Shown: positions 17,033-24,879 of the stretch, one piece after another | Layout: each line of letters begins with the position of its first letter | Position numbering within the stretch: the first letter of the stretch is position 1 | Assembly (NCBI GenBank): GCA_030753015.1 | Contig: JASMDC010000047.1 | Location: 1-26,847, forward strand | DNA: 26,847 bases | Direction of reading: 5' to 3' | Source of the DNA: Candidatus Undinarchaeales archaeon | Lineage (GTDB): Archaea > SpSt-1190 > JASMDC01 | Made by a program: the position numbers and the translations under genes | Notes under the pieces: generated by a model | Database searches by the model: none | The model's input: only the letters and a program-made list of their open reading frames with translations | Told to the model about the DNA's origin: nothing

Positions 17033-18508
17033 TCACTCCACCTCGCTCAGTGGTCTGGCGAGCAATCGAATGCTCCCCGTTCCGGGGAAGACGGGCTGTC
17101 CAACAGCAACGTTCTCCACGACGCTGCTTAGGCGATCGACATCGCCTCTGATGGCTGCCTTCATGAGGTGCTTCATCGGCACCTCGAAGGATGCGCGCGC
17201 TAGGACGCTTCCCTTCTCTCCCGATACGCCGTACCGCCCGATTGCCTTGATGACACCATCTGAGGTCATTGTGTCGGCAACGAGCATGATGTGGCGGATG
17301 TCCACATTGGTTACACCTGCCTCGGACATTGTATTGGTGATCTCCCTGATGATGCCGTTACGCGCCGCCTCGATGCCCAACACGACAGCGATCTCCTGGA
17401 CGTTATTGGTCGTGGTGCGCTTAACATCAACGCCTTCCATGTTCAAGATCTCTGAGAGGTTCGAACCCTCTGTATAGATGATATACTCGTCCTCTCGCTT
17501 GCGGATCGTGGTGTGAGTGATGTTGGGGATGCCTATCACGTGTGCGTCGGCCAACCGTACTCGTACCGTTTGGAGGTCCTTGATCGTATACTCCTTCTTC
17601 TTGGGCTTGACGATGATCTTGCTCTCTTCGTCCTCCAGAGTAGTGGTGACACCGCGCACGCCTTTCTTGACCGCCTTGAGCACTTCCTTCGGATCTAGCT
17701 TGATGCTCTTGAGCTTCTTCACGTCTAGCTCAGCGACGATCGTGAGGTTGAGAAGGTCGAGACTAATGCCCGTGCAGATATCCTGTACAGCGGTGGACTT
17801 GATCCTTCCTGCGAGGACGATAGATTCGTCCCGGTTGGCACAACTTTTTTCGGTCATGTACACCGTCATGACGGGCGTGCTCGGTTCCTTCCGAGCGTCC
17901 ACGATTTCGATGATGCGCGGAAGACCCAGCGTGACGTTCATCTCCAGGACACCTGCATAGTGGTAGGTACGCATAGTCAGCTGAGTACCCGGTTCCCCGA
18001 TGGACTGTGCCGTGATGGACCCGATGGCCTCGAAAGGGTGGACCTGCATCCGAGCATAGCTCAAGAGCAGGCGCTCGGTCGCGTCCTTTGCCTGGGCAAG
18101 AGTGAGCTTCTCGGACTCGATGATGTCCGCGAATTCCTCTGCGAGCTTTGGTGGCAGGATGCTCCGCACCTCGTCCGTGACGACCTTATCGGCCATAGGA
18201 CGCTTCTTCCTAGGAATCTCCTTCTTCTCTTCGACCACGACGACATCCTTCTTCTTGCTCACCTTCTTTTCGGTGGTCTTCTTGGCCGTCGTCTTCTTGG
18301 CAGCGGCCTTTGTCACCTTCTTTTCGGTGGTCTTCTTGGCCACTGTCTTCTTGGCAGCGACCTTTGTCACCTTCTTTTCGGTGGTCTTCTTGGCCACTGT
18401 CTTCTTGGCAGCGACCTTTGTCACCTTCTTTTCGGTGGTCTTCTTGGCCACTGTCTTCTTGGCAGCGACCTTTGTCACCTTCTTCTCTGCGGTCTTTTTC
18501 TCGGCCAT
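17033..18508 (-). CDS. rpoA2: RNA polymerase subunit A'' (Rpo1C) with a Lys-rich N-terminal extension of about 100 aa
   Basis: [52 protein letters not shown]; ATG 18508 overlaps the rpoA' stop (TGATG) with a GAGGTG RBS. Confidence 0.98.
   Translation of the reverse strand: MAEKKTAEKKVTKVAAKKTVAKKTTEKKVTKVAAKKTVAKKTTEKKVTKVAAKKTVAKKTTEKKVTKAAAKKTTAKKTTEKKVSKKKDVVVVEEKKEIPRKKRPMADKVVTDEVRSILPPKLAEEFADIIESEKLTLAQAKDATERLLLSYARMQVHPFEAIGSITAQSIGEPGTQLTMRTYHYAGVLEMNVTLGLPRIIEIVDARKEPSTPVMTVYMTEKSCANRDESIVLAGRIKSTAVQDICTGISLDLLNLTIVAELDVKKLKSIKLDPKEVLKAVKKGVRGVTTTLEDEESKIIVKPKKKEYTIKDLQTVRVRLADAHVIGIPNITHTTIRKREDEYIIYTEGSNLSEILNMEGVDVKRTTTNNVQEIAVVLGIEAARNGIIREITNTMSEAGVTNVDIRHIMLVADTMTSDGVIKAIGRYGVSGEKGSVLARASFEVPMKHLMKAAIRGDVDRLSSVVENVAVGQPVFPGTGSIRLLARPLSEVE
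18259..18484 (-). repeat. 54-bp coding tandem repeat x4 plus a partial copy ([18 protein letters not shown])
   Basis: Units start at 18259, 18313, 18367, 18421 and 18475 (partial); the middle three are identical. Confidence 0.95.
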
Positions 18509-21135
18509 CAGACACCACCTCGAACGTTCTCGATAATGTCCATGAGGTTGATCGTACCCCATTCGGACTGAGCGGGATTGATACCATCCTCGCCGTACTT
18601 GAACTGGATGATCGTGTCCCTATTGTCACGGACCGTACCATCGTAGTGCATGGTGAGGTCCTGGAGGGCGTTGGCGAGCCTGCGGTACATGTAACCGCTC
18701 TTGGGTGTTCTCATCGATGTATCGGTGAGACCCTCTCGACCGGACATGCATACGTAGAAGAACTCGAAGGGATCGAGCCCGCTACCGTAGGAGCGGCGAA
18801 CGAATCCTTTGGCTTTGGGACCGATGTCACCCACTTTGAAGTGGGGGAGGGAGCGGTTGCGGTAGCCTCGGCTGACGCGCTTCCCACCGATAGCCTGTTG
18901 TCCAAGGCATGCGGCCATCTGTGCCAAGTTGAGGAGCTTACCCCTCGCGCCCGTAATTGCCATTGTGATGGCGGGATTCGACTCGTCGGTGTACTCTCCA
19001 ACGACCTCGACGCACCTGTCACGGGACTTGTTGAGCCTGTTGAGGAGCTCGGTCTCGAAGGTCTCCTCGATGCTCATACCGGGCCAGGCCTCGAGCTTGT
19101 TGGCGCGGAATTCCTCGATGAGCTTGTTGGCATTGGCCTCGGCATCATCAAGGATGCCTTCGATCTTCTTTGTAGCTTCGGGGGGGATCTGGATGTCGGA
19201 GAGCCCGATGGACATACCCCGTTTCTTCAGCATCTCCAACGAGAGTTTCGTGAGGTGGTCGATGAAGTCCAGCCCCACTCCGGCCTTGATCACCTTGAGC
19301 AGGAGCTTGCCTGAGAATGCACCCACGGAGGACTCGTCAATGACTCCGGAAACGAGCTCACCGTCCTTGATCTCCACGTAGGTATCATACTTCTTGCAGT
19401 CCTCTACGGTGTCGTGAGGGAAGTAGCTTGACACCTTCGACTTGTAGGCAAGGTTGATACCTTTAGGAATAAGGGCCGAGAACACCTGCTTACCACTGTA
19501 ATACTCAACACCGTCCTCGACCTTCGCCGGCTTATCAGCGAACTTCAGGTCGTTGATGCCGATGTTGAACAGCATCTGCTGGGCCTCGTCCCGAGTGAGA
19601 TAGGTGTCCTTGTGGGTGAGGAAGTAGAGGCCTGAGAGGTGGTCCTGATGTCCGCCGATGACGGGTCCACCGAAGCGCGGCGAGATGAGCTGCGTCCTGA
19701 TCGACATCAGCATCTCTGCCTCCGCTCGGCCCTCAGGATTCTGGGGCACGTGAAGGTTCATCTCGTCCCCGTCGAAGTCGGCATTGTAGGGGGGACAGGC
19801 AGCGGGATTGACCCTGAACGTATTATAGGGCAGGATCCTGACCCGGTGGCACATGATGGACTGCCTGTGGAGCGAGGGCTGGCGGTTGAACAGCACGATG
19901 TCCCCGTTCCTCAGGTGGCGTTCCACGATGTAGCCCATCTCGAGCTCCTCGGCCAGCTGCTCTTTCACATCATCGGTGATGCGCTTTCGCCGTCCATCGG
20001 GGCGGATGACATAGTTGGCACCCTCCAGTTCCTTGGCACCGTCCATCACCAGGTGGCGGAGGTAGTCGATGTTCCTCTCGCTGACAATCTCTGGATAGGT
20101 CAGTTCCATGGCGATGCGCTCCGGCACACCCACCTCGCTGATGGAGAGGCGGGGATCGGGGGAGATCACCGTGCGCGCGGAGAAGTTGACCCGCTTACCG
20201 GCAAGGTTGTGCCTGAAACGTCCCTCTTTGGACTTTATACGCTGGGTGATTCCCTTGAGTGGTCGACCAGCACGGTGCCGCGCCGGCGGGAGCGTGGGGA
20301 TGTCGTTGTCGATGAACGTGGTCACATGGTACTGCAGCAACTCCCAGAGGTCCTCGATGATGACTCCGGGTGCGCCCGCGTCGATGGTTTGCTTCAAGCG
20401 CTGGTTGATGCGCACGATGTCCACGAGCTTGTGCGTGAGGTCGTCCTCTGCACGCTCACCGGTCTCCAGAGTGATGGAGGGGCGAACCGTGACGGGGGGG
20501 ACGGGGAGCACAGTGAACACGACCCATTCAGGTCTTGCGCTCTCGGGATTCATACCGAGAATCTCTAGATCCTCGTCGGGGATGCGCTCGAGCCGGTCCC
20601 TGATATCGGTAGGTGTCAGGGGCTGCTTCTCCCGGAAGTAGGAGTGTGGCTTCTCATACTTGATGGGATTGACCTTGGCATCGCAGTGAGGGCACTGTTT
20701 GATACCCGCTGCGGCCTTGTAGGCGTCCTTGGTGAGCGACCACGAGGCAAGCTCGGATTCGCGCTCCCGGACATGATCCATCTGAATGGCAAACTTCTCG
20801 ATGGCTGCGTCGTTGAGCAACAACCGACCACAGGCTTCGCAAGTCGAGTTGAGAAGCTTGTGCACGAGCTTGACGAACTTGATGTGGATGATGGGCCTGG
20901 CGAGCGTGAGGAATCCAAAGTGGCCCGGGCACTCACCAATCTTACCGGCACATGTCTTACACCTGAGACCCGGGTCGATAACACCCAGCCGTGAGTCCAT
21001 GAGCCCTCCCTCGATGGGGTAACCATCGGGGTCGTAGATCTCGCTGGTGATGACCTCGGAAGCGGCCATCTTGCGGATCATCTTCGGGCTCAAGAACTTG
21101 AACTGGATGCTTCCAATCTTCTTCGATGACTTCAT
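18508..21135 (-). CDS. rpoA1: RNA polymerase subunit A' (Rpo1N)
   Basis: CKTC..CPGHFG zinc site, [24 protein letters not shown], catalytic [10 protein letters not shown]. Confidence 0.99.
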   Translation of the reverse strand: MKSSKKIGSIQFKFLSPKMIRKMAASEVITSEIYDPDGYPIEGGLMDSRLGVIDPGLRCKTCAGKIGECPGHFGFLTLARPIIHIKFVKLVHKLLNSTCEACGRLLLNDAAIEKFAIQMDHVRERESELASWSLTKDAYKAAAGIKQCPHCDAKVNPIKYEKPHSYFREKQPLTPTDIRDRLERIPDEDLEILGMNPESARPEWVVFTVLPVPPVTVRPSITLETGERAEDDLTHKLVDIVRINQRLKQTIDAGAPGVIIEDLWELLQYHVTTFIDNDIPTLPPARHRAGRPLKGITQRIKSKEGRFRHNLAGKRVNFSARTVISPDPRLSISEVGVPERIAMELTYPEIVSERNIDYLRHLVMDGAKELEGANYVIRPDGRRKRITDDVKEQLAEELEMGYIVERHLRNGDIVLFNRQPSLHRQSIMCHRVRILPYNTFRVNPAACPPYNADFDGDEMNLHVPQNPEGRAEAEMLMSIRTQLISPRFGGPVIGGHQDHLSGLYFLTHKDTYLTRDEAQQMLFNIGINDLKFADKPAKVEDGVEYYSGKQVFSALIPKGINLAYKSKVSSYFPHDTVEDCKKYDTYVEIKDGELVSGVIDESSVGAFSGKLLLKVIKAGVGLDFIDHLTKLSLEMLKKRGMSIGLSDIQIPPEATKKIEGILDDAEANANKLIEEFRANKLEAWPGMSIEETFETELLNRLNKSRDRCVEVVGEYTDESNPAITMAITGARGKLLNLAQMAACLGQQAIGGKRVSRGYRNRSLPHFKVGDIGPKAKGFVRRSYGSGLDPFEFFYVCMSGREGLTDTSMRTPKSGYMYRRLANALQDLTMHYDGTVRDNRDTIIQFKYGEDGINPAQSEWGTINLMDIIENVRGGV

Positions 21136-21139
21136 GAGA

Positions 21140-22948
21140 TCACCCCTTATCCTCCAGCACGAGGCGTGGATAAATGCCTATGCTCAACAGCTCAGAGAGG
21201 AGGATGTGGAATGCATAGGACATCTCCACCGAATAGACTGTGGACGCTTCGCCGCACATCGGGCAGTAGAGCTTGTCCCGGATATGGTCATGTACTGCGA
21301 CCAGTCCGCATCCGCCGCACACGGGGATGACGGTCGAATCGGAGTCGAACCGCTCCTTGAGGAGCAGAGCAGCACCGTGGGCGATGAGACAGTCCTTCTC
21401 CATCTCTCCCATACGCAGACCACCTTTCTTGGCGCGACCCTCTGTGGGCTGACGAGTAAGGATCTGCACGGGACCACGAGAGCGCGCGTGGATCTTGTTC
21501 GAGACCATGTGGCGCAGCTTGTGGTAGTAGATAAGACCCTGGAAGATCTCCACCTCGTACTGCCTACCGGTCATGCCGTTGACCATGACCTCTTTGCCGT
21601 TGGGCTTGAGGCCGTATCGCTTAAGGATCTCGGCGACACCCTTCATGGGATCCTCGGTAAAGGCGGAGCCGTCGATGAACTCGCCAGAGAGGGTTCCGGA
21701 CTTCCCGCTCATGATCTCCATGAGCTGGGATACGGTCATACGCGACGGGATACCGTGGGGATTCGTGATTAGGTCGGGGACAACGCCGCTCTCGGTGAAG
21801 GGCATGTCCTCCTCGGGCACGATCATACCGACAACGCCCTTCTGCCCGTGACGAGAGGAGAACTTGTCGCCGATCTCTGGGATACGCTCATCGCGTACCC
21901 GTACTTTCACGAGGGTGTTGCCCTCGGAGTCCTCGGTGACGGCCACGAGGTCGACGAAGCCTCCCTCGCCGTGCCGAACGACCACTGAGGTCTCGCGCCG
22001 GTTCTCGATACCCATCCGGAGGGAGGACATCGATCCAAGGAACCTGGGCGGCGATGTGCGTCCGATGAGCACGTCGTCGGAACCAACCGATGACTCGAGC
22101 TCGGCGATGCCGTCCTCACCCAGGTGTCGGTACACACGCTCGACACGGTAGCCGCGCACACCCTTGTCCGGGATGCAGATCCCGTCCTCCTGTCCGCCAG
22201 GATAGCGCTTCTCCACGGCCGTGTACGGCCGGTAGAACGTGGAGCGGGCTAGGCCGCGATCGAGCGAGCCCTTGTTGATGACAAGAGCGTCCTCCATATT
22301 GTACCCGTCGTACGCGAGGATTGCCACGACGAAGTTCTGGCCGGCCGGGTGGCGGTCGAATCCGACGACGCTCGTGGTCTTGGTGCGGACGATGGGCGAC
22401 TGCGGGTAGTGGAGGATGTTCGAGTAGGTGTCCATGCGGAGCAGGTAGTTGAGGGCATAGAGCCCGAGGGCCTGCTTCACACCTTTGGATGCACCGTAGT
22501 TGACACGGTCACCGCGGCTGTAGTTGGCGTAGGGGACGTTCGACGCGGGGATGCCCACGATCGCCAGCGGATCCAGCTCGACATGGGTGTGCTCCGTCGT
22601 AATGACTGAGTTGTCCACCGCGATGAAGGAGTTCTCCTCCTCGTCGGTGTCCATGTACTCGACCTTACCGAGACAGATGAGGTCGGACCACTTGAGCTCA
22701 CCCTTCTTGATGCGCTCGATGTCCTTTTCATTGAGCTGGGGCTTCCCGTCCTTGTCAAGGATGATCAGAGGGCGCTGGATGCGGCCACCGTCGGCGTTGA
22801 TGCGGACCTCGTCCTCCTGGGGGAGGAAGGAGATGTTCAGCTCGGAGGTGAGAAGACCCTTTCGCCGGAGGTTCCGGACCTTCTCCGTGATCTCCTCGGG
22901 ACTATCAGTCTTTCCTACGAGCCGGCCGTTGAGATATACGTCCACCAT
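21140..22948 (-). CDS. rpoB1: RNA polymerase subunit B' (Rpo2C)
   Basis: GYNMED, GDKFSSRHGQKG, NPHGIPSRMT, RQPTEGR, GEMEKDCL, C-terminal CxxC..CxxC. Confidence 0.99.
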   Translation of the reverse strand: MVDVYLNGRLVGKTDSPEEITEKVRNLRRKGLLTSELNISFLPQEDEVRINADGGRIQRPLIILDKDGKPQLNEKDIERIKKGELKWSDLICLGKVEYMDTDEEENSFIAVDNSVITTEHTHVELDPLAIVGIPASNVPYANYSRGDRVNYGASKGVKQALGLYALNYLLRMDTYSNILHYPQSPIVRTKTTSVVGFDRHPAGQNFVVAILAYDGYNMEDALVINKGSLDRGLARSTFYRPYTAVEKRYPGGQEDGICIPDKGVRGYRVERVYRHLGEDGIAELESSVGSDDVLIGRTSPPRFLGSMSSLRMGIENRRETSVVVRHGEGGFVDLVAVTEDSEGNTLVKVRVRDERIPEIGDKFSSRHGQKGVVGMIVPEEDMPFTESGVVPDLITNPHGIPSRMTVSQLMEIMSGKSGTLSGEFIDGSAFTEDPMKGVAEILKRYGLKPNGKEVMVNGMTGRQYEVEIFQGLIYYHKLRHMVSNKIHARSRGPVQILTRQPTEGRAKKGGLRMGEMEKDCLIAHGAALLLKERFDSDSTVIPVCGGCGLVAVHDHIRDKLYCPMCGEASTVYSVEMSYAFHILLSELLSIGIYPRLVLEDKG

Positions 22949-22952
22949 GTGA

Positions 22953-24443
22953 TCATTCCTCCACCGGCTTCACGCCGGCATTATACAGCTCCTGAAGGAT
23001 GGTCTTGTCATCCTCGTCCCGTGTGAGGCGGGCGAAGAGGGCGAGGTTCTTCCTGAGCCCGATGTTCTGACCCTCGGGAGTCTCAGAGGCGCAGAGCCTG
23101 CCCCAGTGTGTGGGGTGGAGCTCGCGGGCCTCGAAGTGCGGCTGCGAGGTGGTCAGGGGAGACAGCACCCTCCTCAAGTGCGACAGGGTGTCCATGAAGT
23201 TGAGACGCTGGAGGTGCTGCGAGATTCCGCGCCGTCCACCTACCCAGTTACCGGTCGCCAGGGCCGACTCGACCCTCGAGGTCAGAAGAGCTGAACGTAC
23301 TATAGTCGCGATGCTCGGCTCCTTGCCGCGCTTGGCCACACGGGAGAAGTTGTACTTGATATCGTTGATGAGCACACGGAACGACACACGGAACAGAGAC
23401 TCCATGAGATCGCCCGCGAGCTTGAGCCGCTTGTTGGCGTAGTGGTCCTTGTCGTTCTCATCTACGAGGTTGAAGTGGAGGTTGACGACACGCCGCATCA
23501 TCTTGGCGATGTGGTGGGCTTTAGAGATGCGCTGATTGGGATTCTGGCCGATGTGCGGGAGGAGGTAGGTGTCGAGGATCTGGGAGACGCGCTGGACCCG
23601 GTACTCACGACCCTGGCCGATGCGCATATGGCGCCCGATGTAGTCGAGCGCGTCCTCGGTCGTTGGTGTCTCCGCACCTTCCTCGAGGTTGATGTACATG
23701 TCCTCCATCGTCCTCTGGTGAGGCTCGATGGCCTTGACTACCTGCTCGTCGGTCTCGAGCCCGAGAGCGCGCAAGATGATGATGGCAGGTATCTTGGTGA
23801 CCCGGGCGAAGGTGAGGGTCACGACGCCGTTCCTGCGCCGCTCGAATAGGTGAGGCACACGGTAGCCGCGCCGTTCGGAGAAGAGGCGTCCGATCGAAGT
23901 GATGGGGCCCTTGTTCTTCCTCTCCAGCAGGAGCCGGTTGGGAGTTAGATCCTCGATAGAGATGAGCACACGCTCCGTACCGTTGATGATGAAATAACCC
24001 CCCGGATCGAGCGGGTCCTCGCCGATGTCGATGAGCTCGGCCTCAGTCATCTTCGAGAGGGGGCAGATGTTAGATTTGACCATGACGGGCAGGTTGCCGA
24101 TGTTCACACGGACAGGGTCATCCTCGATATCGTCCCGAATGACGATGGTATCGAGCCAGATGGGGACAGAATAGGTAAGGTTGCGCATCCGTGATTCAAG
24201 AGGGAAGATACGCTCTATGGAACCGTCCGCCTCTTTCGAGATGGGCTTCTCCAGGTGGATCTTATCGAGCTTTATCTTGTATTCCTCGATCCCGGGTGGG
24301 GGGAGCGTGGGCTCGACGATCTGGTTCTCGTTGATGATCTGCTGGAGCTTGTTCTCCAAGAAGTCGTTGAACGACTCGATGTGATGGAGCGCAAGTCCGT
24401 GCTCACGGTAGAATCCAGTTGCAAGAGTTTCGAAACCTTTCAT
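22953..24443 (-). CDS. rpoB2: RNA polymerase subunit B'' (Rpo2N)
   Basis: HIESFNDF, DPGGYFIINGTERV, DKDHYANKRL, SHLRR, ETPEGQNIGL; ATG 24443 with a GGAGG RBS. Confidence 0.99.
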   Translation of the reverse strand: MKGFETLATGFYREHGLALHHIESFNDFLENKLQQIINENQIVEPTLPPPGIEEYKIKLDKIHLEKPISKEADGSIERIFPLESRMRNLTYSVPIWLDTIVIRDDIEDDPVRVNIGNLPVMVKSNICPLSKMTEAELIDIGEDPLDPGGYFIINGTERVLISIEDLTPNRLLLERKNKGPITSIGRLFSERRGYRVPHLFERRRNGVVTLTFARVTKIPAIIILRALGLETDEQVVKAIEPHQRTMEDMYINLEEGAETPTTEDALDYIGRHMRIGQGREYRVQRVSQILDTYLLPHIGQNPNQRISKAHHIAKMMRRVVNLHFNLVDENDKDHYANKRLKLAGDLMESLFRVSFRVLINDIKYNFSRVAKRGKEPSIATIVRSALLTSRVESALATGNWVGGRRGISQHLQRLNFMDTLSHLRRVLSPLTTSQPHFEARELHPTHWGRLCASETPEGQNIGLRKNLALFARLTRDEDDKTILQELYNAGVKPVEE

Positions 24444-24552
24444 GCGATCGCCTCCGGAGCGCACCTTGCGGTACAGGTGCTTCGATAATAAGAACTAGAA
24501 CCGCCTTCGCCAACCATGTCTCTCCAATCCTCCATGTCTTATAGGCACCGGC

Positions 24553-24627
24553 TGGGCCGGGCAGGATTTGAACCCGCAACCGTCCGCTTAAAAGGCGGAC
24601 GCTCTAGCCAGGTTGAGCTACCGGCCC
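24553..24627 (-). tRNA. tRNA-Lys(UUU)
   Basis: Cloverleaf GGGCCGG/CCGGCCC acceptor, GCTC/GAGC D-stem, TCCGC-CTTTTAA-GCGGA anticodon arm, GCGGG-TTCAAAT-CCTGC T-arm; CCA not encoded. Confidence 0.97.
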
Positions 24628-24634
24628 GCGGAAA

Positions 24635-24726
24635 TGGCGCCTTGGTCGGGATTTGAACCCGGGTCACGGCCTTTCTGCACGAAGTGTACGACAGGGCCGT
24701 ATGATAGACCGCTACACTACCAAGGC
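24635..24726 (-). tRNA. tRNA-Asp(GUC) with a 16-nt intron at 37/38 (24673-24688)
   Basis: GCCTTGG/CCAAGGC acceptor plus G-CCA; CGGCC-CTGTCG[TACACTTCGTGCAGAA]A-GGCCG; T-loop TTCAAAT; BHB motif folds. Confidence 0.95.
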
Positions 24727-24770
24727 ACGTATTTCTCACAGAATAGCCCATCGACCCCGTTCGGGATTGA

Positions 24771-24787
24771 CCTTATATTTAAAAAGG
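24771..24787 (-). promoter_or_regulatory. Candidate TATA box for the tRNA/rpo operon
   Basis: Minus strand CCTTTTTAAATATAAGG about 45-60 nt upstream of the tRNA-Asp 5' end. Confidence 0.6.
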
Positions 24788-24842
24788 TTGTGAAAAGGCG
24801 AACACAACCCCTCCCCTCATTATAGGACTATACAGCATATCC

Positions 24843-24850
24843 TTTATATT
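24843..24850 (+). promoter_or_regulatory. Candidate TATA box for the 7TM gene
   Basis: TTTATATT about 30-37 nt upstream of ATG 24880. Confidence 0.5.
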
Positions 24851-24879
24851 GATTTCGCGGTGGTGTGAGAGTGAGCACC

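Noticed and set aside
18509-18562. ORF-track start of rpoA'' at 18562 (and similar upstream starts for rpoB'', S7, tuf, S10)
   Set aside because: The 18562 start overlaps rpoA' by 55 nt; in each case a downstream ATG has a properly spaced GGAGG/GGTGA-type RBS.
17033-24443. Inteins, or splitting of rpoA and rpoB as a novelty
   Set aside because: Core subunit lengths are normal with no intein motifs; A'/A'' and B''/B' splits are well known in archaea.
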